In this document: one piece after another, positions 49,602 through 58,803 of the stretch
How positions within the stretch are numbered: the first letter of the stretch is position 1
Layout of the letters: each line of letters opens with the position of its first letter
Assembly (NCBI GenBank): GCA_963713865.1
Contig: OY970208.1
Location: 448,001-512,000 of the forward strand
Source of the DNA: an uncultured candidate division Zixibacteria bacterium
Lineage (GTDB): Bacteria > Zixibacteria > MSB-5A5 > RBG-16-43-9
DNA: 64,000 nt
Direction: 5' to 3'
Notes under the pieces: model-generated
The model's database searches: none
What the model was told of the DNA's origin: nothing
What the model saw: only the letters and a program-made list of their open reading frames with translations
Program-made: the position numbers and the translations under genes

Positions 49602-50185
49602 TTTAACACCCCTTTCAGCAATGGGATATTTTTCACCAGGTAATCTATTCCGGTTCCTAAAGTCAAAAGCATACTGATAAAGACTAAAAGGTCGAATATT
49701 TTAAAGACCATCGGGCTGGTAAAAAAACTCCAGTTATATCCTAAAGGGACCATAGTGGTTTTCAGATTTGTGAAGATTAAGATTATGCTGATAACTAACA
49801 TCTGGGAAAAGGTCTTCACCTGTGCCAGAACAGTAGGCATAATCACCATACCCTTATATGCGGCTAAGCTCCGCAACCCGGTGATAAAAAACTCCCTGAC
49901 GATTATCACCAAAATCATCCAGGCTTTAACGTAGCCTAAAGCCACAAAAGAGATAAAAGCAGTTGAGACCAGGATTTTATCAGCTAAGGGATCCATAAAC
50001 TTCCCGAAACCGGTTACCACTCCGTATTTTCTGGCAATGTACCCATCATAAAGATCAGTTAATGCTGCAAATAAGAATATAATAGTGGCAAAATAGCGGG
50101 AATAGACATTATTTACCAGAAAGAAGACCATAAATACCGGTGAAAGCAGAATCCGGGCTATGGTAAGTTTATTGGGTAAATTCAT
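49598..50185 (-). CDS. pgsA: CDP-diacylglycerol--glycerol-3-phosphate 3-phosphatidyltransferase
   Basis: NLPNKLT..R and TDLYDGYIARK.....FGKFMDPLADK motifs. Confidence 0.95.
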   Translation of the reverse strand: MNLPNKLTIARILLSPVFMVFFLVNNVYSRYFATIIFLFAALTDLYDGYIARKYGVVTGFGKFMDPLADKILVSTAFISFVALGYVKAWMILVIIVREFFITGLRSLAAYKGMVIMPTVLAQVKTFSQMLVISIILIFTNLKTTMVPLGYNWSFFTSPMVFKIFDLLVFISMLLTLGTGIDYLVKNIPLLKGVLK

Positions 50186-50398
50186 TTTTCTTTAGTAGTT
50201 GTTTGTAGGGACAGAACACTGTTCTGTCCCTATATTACTGTGACCCCAAAAAGGTCGCACTCAATAGTTGTGTCAGGAACTCCTGACGAAACAATACAGG
50301 TTTGGTAAATTTAACTTTCTTAGCCTTCTCAGTCAACAAAAAACCGCTTTTGGGAATTTAGCTGGTAGTAACAGAACACTATCCTGACTTTGAGATAT

Positions 50399-50975
50399 TC
50401 ACTTTTGCGACCACGCAAGGGTCGTACTACGAATGGCAGACTTTGAGATAATCGAAATTCCAATCCCCCACAGAATCCCGTAAAAAGCACCAGCTAAAAC
50501 ATCAAGGGGATAATGCACCCCTACATAGATGCGGGAGAAAGAGACCAAAAGTGCAATGGACAGCCAGATAATCCAGAACCCTCCTGTAAAAAAAAGTCAA
50601 AATTGTACCAGCTCCGAAGATATTAGCCGCATGAGAGGAGGGGAAGGAGCCGGAGTGGGAACATCCGGCTAAAAGATGAACTTCGGAAAAAACATTGCAG
50701 GGTCTGACTCTGCCAATCCAGGATTTGAGCCAGAGATTCACCGAAGCATCGGTTATTCCCAGGATGATCAAAAGTAAAATCGCACATATTTTTTCCTTTT
50801 TTCTGCCGAAGATAAGCATTGCCAGTATAATCAAGATAAATGGAATTCTCCAGTATTTAAACTCAGTTAAAACCGGCATCAAGAAATCAAAAAACCCATT
50901 CTGCAGTTTCAGATTGATAAAAAGAAAAAGCTCTTTATCCAGCTTGGTTAAAAAATCTATCAGTGCAGTAAACAT
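50399..50975 (-). CDS. PAP2-family phosphatase, split by a 1-nt frameshift near 50580
   Basis: K..IGRVRP and SFPSSHA in frame 1; SRIYVGVHYPLDV in the shifted frame, ending at TGA 50399. Confidence 0.85.
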
Positions 50976-51110
50976 AATCTCATTTCCGTCATTGCGAGGA
51001 GTCCCTACCAGGGGCTACGAAGCAATCCGCCCGTGACAGAGTAAAGGGATTGCTTCGTTCTCCCGCATATTGCGGGATCGCTCGCAAAGACAGTTTGTGA
51101 TATTGAAGTG

Positions 51111-52064
51111 TCATACTTCGCGAAGCGAAGTATCCCTTCGTCTTCTCAGAAAATTCTCCACTTCTTTTAAACTCGGTATCCCTTCTCTGCCACCTAATTT
51201 CCTGCATTTCAAAGCCGCGCAGGCAGAGGCGAATTCGATAATCTTTTCCATTTTCCATTTTCTTAATAACCCGAAGATAAATGCTCCGTGAAAAACATCT
51301 CCTGCCCCGGTGGTGTCGACTACATCAATCTTAAATCCCGGAAAATAGTTTACCTTCAGAGAATCGGTCCACAAACATCCTTTTTCAGATAATGTGGTGA
51401 CCACACATTTGAATCCAATCTTTTTCAATCTTAAACAAGCCTGACTTAAATCCTTAAGTTTAGTATAATCATAAGCAAATTTCCTGGAAACAACTAAATA
51501 ATCCACGTAAGGAAAAAGGGATTCTATATTTTCTCTCAGGCTGCCTAAGTCCAATATGACCTCAGAACCGTCCTTTCTCGCTTTTTTAGCCAGGGAAATA
51601 TTTGCTTCTATGTCTCTACCATCCAGATGAAGATATTTGAACGAAACTTCTTTCAAAAAGGAAAGCTCCTCTGGTTTAATCGGGCTCATCTTTGTTCGGT
51701 CCAAAGCTACAGTCCTTTTGCCGCTGTTTTTATCCACCCAGATGAAAGCTTTCAAGCTTTTCACTTTTTTATCCACGATTAAGTAATCTGTATTGACTTT
51801 AAACTTTTCCAACTCGGAACAGATGAGTTTCCCTTCATAATCGTCTCCGACCTTTCCCGCAAAAGCTGCTTTTGCACCTAATTTTGTCAGAGTTGCCATT
51901 GCGGTTGGAACAGGGCCACCTCCCTGAACTGAAGAGACTTCTACATCGATTTTTTCATCCAGTCCCGGATAAGGGTCTAATATGGAAAGGTAATCCAAAG
52001 CACAGATTCCAAAGCCCAGGCAATCCCATAAGGGATCCGTAGGATCAAAATCAAATTTTTTCAA
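51111..52064 (-). CDS. PfkB-family carbohydrate kinase
   Basis: GGGP..TA...L.KLG, GKVGDD and DTTGAGDVFHGAF motifs. Confidence 0.93.
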   Translation of the reverse strand: MKKFDFDPTDPLWDCLGFGICALDYLSILDPYPGLDEKIDVEVSSVQGGGPVPTAMATLTKLGAKAAFAGKVGDDYEGKLICSELEKFKVNTDYLIVDKKVKSLKAFIWVDKNSGKRTVALDRTKMSPIKPEELSFLKEVSFKYLHLDGRDIEANISLAKKARKDGSEVILDLGSLRENIESLFPYVDYLVVSRKFAYDYTKLKDLSQACLRLKKIGFKCVVTTLSEKGCLWTDSLKVNYFPGFKIDVVDTTGAGDVFHGAFIFGLLRKWKMEKIIEFASACAALKCRKLGGREGIPSLKEVENFLRRRRDTSLREV

Positions 52065-52689
52065 ACTCGATTTCTCCTCTGGTATTGTTCTTTAACTCAT
52101 TCTGTAGTCTTGAAAAGACTCCTTTGTTAAAATCTATTTCCATTCTTGCTCTGTCTCCGAAAGCTAATTTTTTGACTTTGACTTTTTCTCTATTTAGGAC
52201 CTTTTGAACCTGATCATAAAATTCTTTTGGGAAAATTAAGATGAGTCTTTCTCTGTTTTCTTTTTTGATTAGAATACAGCTTTTTAAAACCTTTAAGGCG
52301 CTTTCATAATATGCCCTGGAAAGGCCACCGGTGCCTAATTTTATCCCACCGAAATAACGGGTAACTACTACTAAAATATCTTTTAAATTCTGTGACTTAA
52401 TAGCAGATAAAATTTGTTTCCCCGCAGTTCCGGAAGGTTCGCGGTCATCGCTGGATTTTGAAATCTCTCTTTCTGAGATAACATAGGCATACGGGTTATG
52501 GGTGGCATCGTGAAATTCTCTTCTTATCTTTTCAAGAAATGTCTTAGCCTCTTCTTCCGAATTTACCGGTATGGCCGAGGCAATAAACTTAGAACCTTTG
52601 ATTAGAAGTTTATCCCTGCTGGATCCCTTGATACTGAGACATTCATTCCGATTTTGGGTCCGAAGGATCGGATTTCTTATTTCCTTCAA
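52051..52689 (-). CDS. YigZ/IMPACT family protein
   Basis: IKGSKFIA, ATHNPYAY, DDREPSGTAG and RYFGGIKLG.GGL motifs. Confidence 0.92.
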   Translation of the reverse strand: MKEIRNPILRTQNRNECLSIKGSSRDKLLIKGSKFIASAIPVNSEEEAKTFLEKIRREFHDATHNPYAYVISEREISKSSDDREPSGTAGKQILSAIKSQNLKDILVVVTRYFGGIKLGTGGLSRAYYESALKVLKSCILIKKENRERLILIFPKEFYDQVQKVLNREKVKVKKLAFGDRARMEIDFNKGVFSRLQNELKNNTRGEIEFEKI

Positions 52690-52918
52690 TTTTTTTCTCC
52701 ATGTATTGCTGGATTAATCTTTTGAATCTGCTCCCGTAGATTAAATCGAATTTCACCATATCATCCGGTATCAGTGATTCTGCTTTTAACCTTACCAGGG
52801 CGGCTTCCTTTTTAGCCTCCCCTAAGGTCAACTCCCCACTTCTGATTTTTTCGCAGGCTTCATCCACAATTTTTTTAAGCTTCTTTATTTTCTCATCAGA
52901 GTTAAGATACTCTTTCAT
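52643..52918 (-). CDS. Conserved hypothetical protein
   Basis: Helical 91-aa ORF coupled to dprA; 'FDLIYGSRFKRLI' motif. Confidence 0.7.
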   Translation of the reverse strand: MKEYLNSDEKIKKLKKIVDEACEKIRSGELTLGEAKKEAALVRLKAESLIPDDMVKFDLIYGSRFKRLIQQYMEKKIEGNKKSDPSDPKSE

Positions 52919-53787
52919 AAATATCTCAAAACTAAATCTATATCCCCAGAGCCTTTGATCGGAATGGCTCCAATTCTAACCAGCTCATCTAAGTTTTTGC
53001 TCTCCTCTCTCATAACCGCAAAAAGGGATTTCCCCTGGTCAATAGCTTTTTTAGCCGCCTCCATTGTCCCCGAGATATTATCTTCAACTTCCACCACGAT
53101 CACGGCTTGAGAAAGACCTACGACTATCCGATTTCTTGCCATAAGCTGGCCTACATTTACCCGTGCATTCAGAGGATATTCAGTTAAAAGCGCACCGTTC
53201 TTGCTGATCTCAACTGATAGGTTAAGATTTTCCTTAGGATAGATATTATTCAAACCAAAACCTAAAACCGCATAGGTTTTTCCTTTTTTAGCGATTGCTC
53301 CCATATGTGCGCCAGTATCAACTCCCCGGGCTAAACCACTTACTACTACACCATTTTTTTCGACCAGCTTTTTACCAATTTCAGTTGCATCCCTTATTCC
53401 TTCATAGCTGGCACGATGAGTGCCTACCACAGCTACAAATAAGCTATTAGCCAAAGGGAATTCTCCTTTAAAATAAAGCAAAGGTGGTGGGTCATCTATC
53501 TCTCTTAAACTTTGAGGGAAATCGTCATCCAAAATGGTTTTTATACCTATCCCCTGTTCTTCCAAAAAAGATATATGCTCCTCGATCTCAACAAATCTTT
53601 CCTGAGATTCAAAGATCTCCTTAGCTTTCTCTGGCTTCATTCTTGGAAGTTTAGTAATCTCTTGTAGGGTGGCTTTGAAGATGTTCTCCGGAGAGCCAAA
53701 AGTTAAAAGTAACTGTTGAAATCCCTTGGGACCAACCTTAGCTACTTCCCTTAATGCTATGATATATTTCCGATAGTCCATTTTCAT
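52915..53787 (-). CDS. dprA: DNA-processing protein DprA
   Basis: PPLLY.KG, AVVGT, VSGLARGVD, RNRIVVGLS and SGT motifs; start adjusted out of the upstream REP. Confidence 0.92.
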   Translation of the reverse strand: MKMDYRKYIIALREVAKVGPKGFQQLLLTFGSPENIFKATLQEITKLPRMKPEKAKEIFESQERFVEIEEHISFLEEQGIGIKTILDDDFPQSLREIDDPPPLLYFKGEFPLANSLFVAVVGTHRASYEGIRDATEIGKKLVEKNGVVVSGLARGVDTGAHMGAIAKKGKTYAVLGFGLNNIYPKENLNLSVEISKNGALLTEYPLNARVNVGQLMARNRIVVGLSQAVIVVEVEDNISGTMEAAKKAIDQGKSLFAVMREESKNLDELVRIGAIPIKGSGDIDLVLRYL

Positions 53788-53980
53788 ATTGGAGTATAAA
53801 CCTTTAGATTTATCAAGATGTTCTCTTAAATTATTCGAAGGTAAAGCTGAAGCCTTACACTCCACTTTATCTAATATAATTAGTTTTGGTTAAAGTCAAA
53901 ACATAAACTTTTAAGAATTAAAAATTAAGTAAGAATCAAATTATTTCCTTGACAGATTTCGCTTGACTTCTTTTGGGAAA

Positions 53981-54007
53981 GTATTATAATTTTTAAAATC
54001 GTGTTAC
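53981..54007 (+). promoter_or_regulatory. Candidate NikR operator overlapping the -10 region
   Basis: GTATTAT-N13-GTGTTAC just upstream of nikR; resembles reported NikR half-sites but is unverified. Confidence 0.35.
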
Positions 54008-54022
54008 TAAAGGAGAAAATTT

Positions 54023-54442
54023 ATGGACCAGACCATAAGATTCGGGATCTCTCTCCCCGAGAGTTTACTTTCCCGCTTTGACCGTTTAATCTCTTTCAGG
54101 GGTTATTCCAATCGCTCCGAGGCCATAAGGGACTTGATAAGAGAATATTTAGTGGAACGTGAATGGGAAATAGGAAAAAAAGAGACCGTGGGCACAGTGA
54201 ACCTGGTCTACGATCATCATAAAAGGGAGATAGATAAGGTCTTAACTAACCTGCAACACCAGCATTGCGATTCTATAGTTTCAGCTATGCATATTCATTT
54301 AGACAGGAATAATTGTCTGGAGGTAGTGGTGGTGAGAGGGAAGTCAACCAGGATAAAAAAGATCGCAGACAAACTAATCAGCACAAAAGGGGTAAAATAT
54401 GGAAAGCTAACTGCTGCAACCATCGGAGAAAATTTAGCTTAA
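54023..54442 (+). CDS. nikR: Nickel-responsive transcriptional regulator
   Basis: [24 protein letters not shown] and HIHLD...CLE motifs. Confidence 0.96.
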   Translation: MDQTIRFGISLPESLLSRFDRLISFRGYSNRSEAIRDLIREYLVEREWEIGKKETVGTVNLVYDHHKREIDKVLTNLQHQHCDSIVSAMHIHLDRNNCLEVVVVRGKSTRIKKIADKLISTKGVKYGKLTAATIGENLA

Positions 54443-54456
54443 GTGAGGAGATCGAG

Positions 54457-56265
54457 ATGAGAAAGATAATCGTATTCATTTTGGCGTTTCAGATCGTAGG
54501 TATAAAATATCTTTTAGCTGAGAGCAGATCTGATTCATTAAAGGTCTATTATCTGGAGGATGTGGTAGTCACCGCTAAAAGAACAGAATCGAAACTGAGA
54601 AATTGTTCAGCCAGCATAAGTTTTCTAAACAAGATTGATTTCGAGGGATCAAATTCCAACAATGCCATAGATGTTCTAGATTACCTTCCAGGTGTTTTTA
54701 TTCAAAAGACTGGAGATTTCGGAAGAGCAGATATCAATATCCGAGGAATAGGGAGCCAGGGTAGAAGGGTTGCGGTTTTGATTGATGGCAAGCCAGAGAA
54801 GATGTCGCTTTTTGGATGTGCGGTTACCCATTCCCTGCCCTTGAGCAATGTGGAGAGGGTTGAGCTGGTAAGAGGCCCCTCCTCTGTTCTTTACGGTTCA
54901 GATGCCTTAGGTGGGGTGGTGAATATAATTACCAGAAAAGGAAAAGATGCACAAACAGATTATACTTTTTCCTATGGCTCGTTTGATACCTATGTAAATC
55001 TTCTTAGGGTAGGAGCTAATCTAAAGGATTTTGATTTCTACGCTACGGCGGATAAAAGAAAAAGCAGTGGACATGTTAAGAACTCAGGTTATGAAGGAGA
55101 GGAATATTCGCTAAACATGGGATATCTGTTTTCAGAGAAACTCGATGGAGATTTCAGCGTAAGGTATTTTAAAGGATACAAGGAAGAGCCTCTACCCTCT
55201 GCTCCAGGAACCTGGAACGATTACGAAAGAGCAGGAGCAAACCTTAATCTGGAGAACAAATTTTCACAGGATTGGAAAGGTGAACTCAGCCTCTATTCAA
55301 ATTGGGGAGAGCATATCTTCTCTGATGGCTGGCATTCAAAAGATTTAACTTATGGATTGGATCTTCAGGTAAATGGAGAACCAAGGGGAAATAATAATCT
55401 GATAATCGGCTCTGAGTGGAAGCATCTGAATGGAAAAAGGCTGAGCCAGCCGGAAGGAAAATGGGATAGGGACCAGTTTTCGGTTTTCCTGCAGGATGAG
55501 CAATTGCTTCTACAAAAACTCCTTCTGAGTCTGGGAGAAAGGTATGACCATGACCAGCTCAGCGGGGATGACTTTTCAGCCCATTTAGGAATGGTATTAT
55601 ATTTTCGCAGCAGCACTTTGCTCCGCTTATCAGTAAACAAAGGATTCAGATATCCTCAGATAAATGAGCTCTACCTTTTCCCCTCTTCAAATGAGGAATT
55701 GAAATCGGAGGAAGTTTGGAATTATGAAGCTGGAATAAATCAAAGACTTTTTTCCGGACTGAGCTTAGATTTTACCGGTTTTATAATGAAAGGAGAAAAT
55801 CTGATTGAAGTGGGTGCAAATCCATCACCTCCTCCAATGTATCTTCTTCAGAATATTGGTAAGTTTAATTTCGAAGGTGTAGAATCAGGAGTTCGACTCG
55901 AAGAGGATAAGCTGAATGGCCAGATCTACTATTCACACTTAGACCCAGAAGAGAAAACCCAAGGCAGGCCAGAGGATAAACTGAGTATGAAGATTAGGTT
56001 CTATTCATCTAAAAGCTCCTTATCCTTAGACGGTCAGTATGTCTGGAACTATTATGCCAAGGATCATCATCAGGATAAAATAGATGAGTTTTTTGTATTG
56101 AATTCAAAGGCATCCTATAAAATCTCAGGCTACCTTGAGCTCTTCGCAGGAGTGGAAAATATCTTGGATGAGTCATATCAGGTCTATGTTGACCTTCCAA
56201 GCGGCTCAGGTGTCTATCAAATGCCCCAGAGGAACTTCTCGGTTGGTTTTAAAATAATCCATTAG
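54457..56265 (+). CDS. TonB-dependent receptor (probably Ni/Co-related)
   Basis: VVVTA TonB box and plug motif ERVELVRGPSSVLYGSDALGGVVNIIT; co-transcribed with nikR. Confidence 0.92.
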   Translation: MRKIIVFILAFQIVGIKYLLAESRSDSLKVYYLEDVVVTAKRTESKLRNCSASISFLNKIDFEGSNSNNAIDVLDYLPGVFIQKTGDFGRADINIRGIGSQGRRVAVLIDGKPEKMSLFGCAVTHSLPLSNVERVELVRGPSSVLYGSDALGGVVNIITRKGKDAQTDYTFSYGSFDTYVNLLRVGANLKDFDFYATADKRKSSGHVKNSGYEGEEYSLNMGYLFSEKLDGDFSVRYFKGYKEEPLPSAPGTWNDYERAGANLNLENKFSQDWKGELSLYSNWGEHIFSDGWHSKDLTYGLDLQVNGEPRGNNNLIIGSEWKHLNGKRLSQPEGKWDRDQFSVFLQDEQLLLQKLLLSLGERYDHDQLSGDDFSAHLGMVLYFRSSTLLRLSVNKGFRYPQINELYLFPSSNEELKSEEVWNYEAGINQRLFSGLSLDFTGFIMKGENLIEVGANPSPPPMYLLQNIGKFNFEGVESGVRLEEDKLNGQIYYSHLDPEEKTQGRPEDKLSMKIRFYSSKSSLSLDGQYVWNYYAKDHHQDKIDEFFVLNSKASYKISGYLELFAGVENILDESYQVYVDLPSGSGVYQMPQRNFSVGFKIIH

Positions 56266-57374
56266 AATCCAAGACTCACTAATTGCTTGTAATCTTGAAA
56301 TTCATTTATTTGCAACAAACCTTTTCTATTGCGGTATGTAAACTTCGTCTCAAAGATAGATGAATCTAAAAACAATCTATCCAGTATCTCCTGAGCCATC
56401 TTCCCCTCAGCTATTTTAGGAGAACGGGGAAAGGTTACCAGCTCGATCGGGATTATCTCCGCCCGGATGAGTTTTTTCTCCCTCAGGGTGACTTTCAATA
56501 TTATGCTCTGGTTGTTTTTCAAATCTTTCTGGTCAAATATAAAATTTCCCAGACTATAGGCAATTAGTTTCCCCTTGTATAATTCTATCCCCTGAAAAGT
56601 ATGAGGATGATGACCTACTACTATATCTGCACCGCAGTCGATTACCATATGAGCTAAGCTTTTCTGATATTCTGCCGGAAAATCGTCATACTCGATCCCC
56701 CAGTGAAAAGAGACCACAATTAGATCCGCATTCTTTTTCGCTTTTTCTATATCTTCGATTATCCAGGAGGACTTAATTTTTGCCACACCGGGATTTTTTT
56801 TACCCGCATAGATTGCACCGGGAGACAAATCGTAACCCAGAAAAGCAATTTTCAAATCACCTAAATCAAACACAGCAGGTTCTCTGGCATCTTTGATATT
56901 TTCCCCTGCGCCGATACTCTTAATATTATTCTCTTGTAAAAGTTTGAGTGTCTCCATAAAAGCTTTTACACCATAATCGTAGGAGTGATTATTAGCTAAA
57001 TTTAACACATCAAATCCGGCATAAGTCAGACCTTTTATCGATTCAGGATTTCCCCGGAATGCATAGATCTGGTCTCCTTTCATCCCTCTTTTGGAAAGGG
57101 GAGATTCTAAATTGCCAAAGGCGATCTCAGCCGAATTGATTATTTCAGCGATATTTTTAAAAGGATAAAGGTAACCTCTCTCTTTTATCATCAAATCTAC
57201 ACCCCGGGAGAGCATAATATCCCCAACTAAAATTAAATTATGTTCTCGGGGAAGAAAGATATTTTCCCTGGCAGAGGAAATTTCTATCCGGGGGTTGAAA
57301 GGTGAGAGAAAAAAGAATAAGAGGAAAAACGAGAAGATAAAAAAACATTTAAATCGATGGTCTGAAAAAATCAT
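56262..57374 (-). CDS. CapA-family metallophosphoesterase
   Basis: GDIML.R, NLES, LANNHSYDYG, HWG.EY, GHHPH and YSLGNF motifs. Confidence 0.93.
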   Translation of the reverse strand: MIFSDHRFKCFFIFSFFLLFFFLSPFNPRIEISSARENIFLPREHNLILVGDIMLSRGVDLMIKERGYLYPFKNIAEIINSAEIAFGNLESPLSKRGMKGDQIYAFRGNPESIKGLTYAGFDVLNLANNHSYDYGVKAFMETLKLLQENNIKSIGAGENIKDAREPAVFDLGDLKIAFLGYDLSPGAIYAGKKNPGVAKIKSSWIIEDIEKAKKNADLIVVSFHWGIEYDDFPAEYQKSLAHMVIDCGADIVVGHHPHTFQGIELYKGKLIAYSLGNFIFDQKDLKNNQSIILKVTLREKKLIRAEIIPIELVTFPRSPKIAEGKMAQEILDRLFLDSSIFETKFTYRNRKGLLQINEFQDYKQLVSLGF

Positions 57375-57525
57375 TTTAGATTTTTACCCACCTTGAGGGC
57401 GACGTGGGTATACCGATAAGTTAGGGACAGAATCCATCTAAGGTGGATTCTGTCCCAACAAATCTCCTATTTATATCTTTTTGTATCAATATATCTAAGT
57501 AGAGCCTCGGTTGTATCCCAAGATT

Positions 57526-58767
57526 TTATTCTACAGAAGCAAAAAAAGTCTCTCCAGTCAAAAGCTCCAGGGCATACAGAAGATTTTCGCTTTTGGTTTT
57601 GAAATCAGAAAGATAGATTTTTTTTACAGGTTCGGCTGAAGGGAAGTTCATCTTCAAAGGATTCACATACCTCCCACCCATTTTACATCTATAATCTAAA
57701 TGGGGACCTGTTGCCAGACCTGTGGCACCAACCCGACCGATCATCTCTCCCTGTCTGACCCTTTCCCCTTTTCTTACCCTTTCTGCAAAAGCGGAAAGGT
57801 GGCCGTAGGAAGTTATCAGTCCGTTTGAATGTTTTATCTCCACGGTTTTGCCCAGCCCTTTTTTCCAGCCGGCAGAGATTATTACCCCGTCTGCAGATGA
57901 GACCACTGGCGTACCGTAGGGTGCTGCGTAATCTACCCCGTAGTGAGGTCTGTAAGTTTTGAATACCGGATGAAGCCGGGAAAAAGAAAACCTTGAGGAT
58001 ATTCGCCGATAATTCAAGGGGGATTTTAAAAAGGCTTTTCGTAAAGACTTGCCCTTTAAATCATAATAATCTTTGTGTCCCGAACGATCCTGATATAAAA
58101 CAGCATCATATTTCGTTCCCGAAGCTTCGTATTCCGCGGCCAGGATCTCGCCATAACTTACGAACTTCCCCTCCCTCTCGAACATTTCATAAATTAATTT
58201 AAACTTATCCCCTGGCTGGGGCTCGTTCAAGAAGTCTATCTGCCAAGCGAAGATATCGGAGAATTTCATTATCAGTTCCGGGTTTTCCCCCTTTCCTTTT
58301 ATCTCATCCCAGAGGGAACTTTTTATTTCCCCTTCTAAGCCCTTTACGATCCGGGTGAGTTTAACTGGCACAGAATAGGCAACCAGGTCTCCTTCTTTGT
58401 TCACAACCTTATATTTCTCCAGAAACCCCTTCTGATATTCGAAAGAGAGAAGGGAATGGTCAGCAGTAACCAGGAGGGTGAAAAAATCACCGGGCTTACA
58501 TTTTCTTAAATCCAAAACTTTTGAAAGAGATCGAGTCAGATCAGAAATTACTTCTGCGGGAAGCCCTTTCTTAAAAAGGGAAAAGGCTAAAGTTTGATTC
58601 CTCTCGATTGTCCCGGAAGTTATACATCCGAGGGCAAGGTCTGAGGAGAAAACTTTTTTCTCTTCTGCTGTGGGAAGCATACAGGATTTGGTGAAAATTA
58701 GATTGAGAAGATAGAATAGTCCAGCAGAGAAAACCAAGCTTCTTATAATTTTTATGACTTTTTTCAA
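57526..58767 (-). CDS. M23-family murein DD-endopeptidase (MepM/Csd3-like)
   Basis: H.GVDYAA, YGHL and TGPHLDY motifs; N-terminal anchor. Confidence 0.93.
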   Translation of the reverse strand: MKKVIKIIRSLVFSAGLFYLLNLIFTKSCMLPTAEEKKVFSSDLALGCITSGTIERNQTLAFSLFKKGLPAEVISDLTRSLSKVLDLRKCKPGDFFTLLVTADHSLLSFEYQKGFLEKYKVVNKEGDLVAYSVPVKLTRIVKGLEGEIKSSLWDEIKGKGENPELIMKFSDIFAWQIDFLNEPQPGDKFKLIYEMFEREGKFVSYGEILAAEYEASGTKYDAVLYQDRSGHKDYYDLKGKSLRKAFLKSPLNYRRISSRFSFSRLHPVFKTYRPHYGVDYAAPYGTPVVSSADGVIISAGWKKGLGKTVEIKHSNGLITSYGHLSAFAERVRKGERVRQGEMIGRVGATGLATGPHLDYRCKMGGRYVNPLKMNFPSAEPVKKIYLSDFKTKSENLLYALELLTGETFFASVE

Positions 58768-58803
58768 AACCGCTCCTTTTATCCTACGGATCCGTTCTCG
58801 GAT

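Noticed and set aside
53788-53865. N-terminal extensions of DprA (MECKASAL...), ThpR (MQYAPT...) and GGGPS (MLPQND...)
   Set aside because: They start within palindromic repeats; better starts lie downstream.
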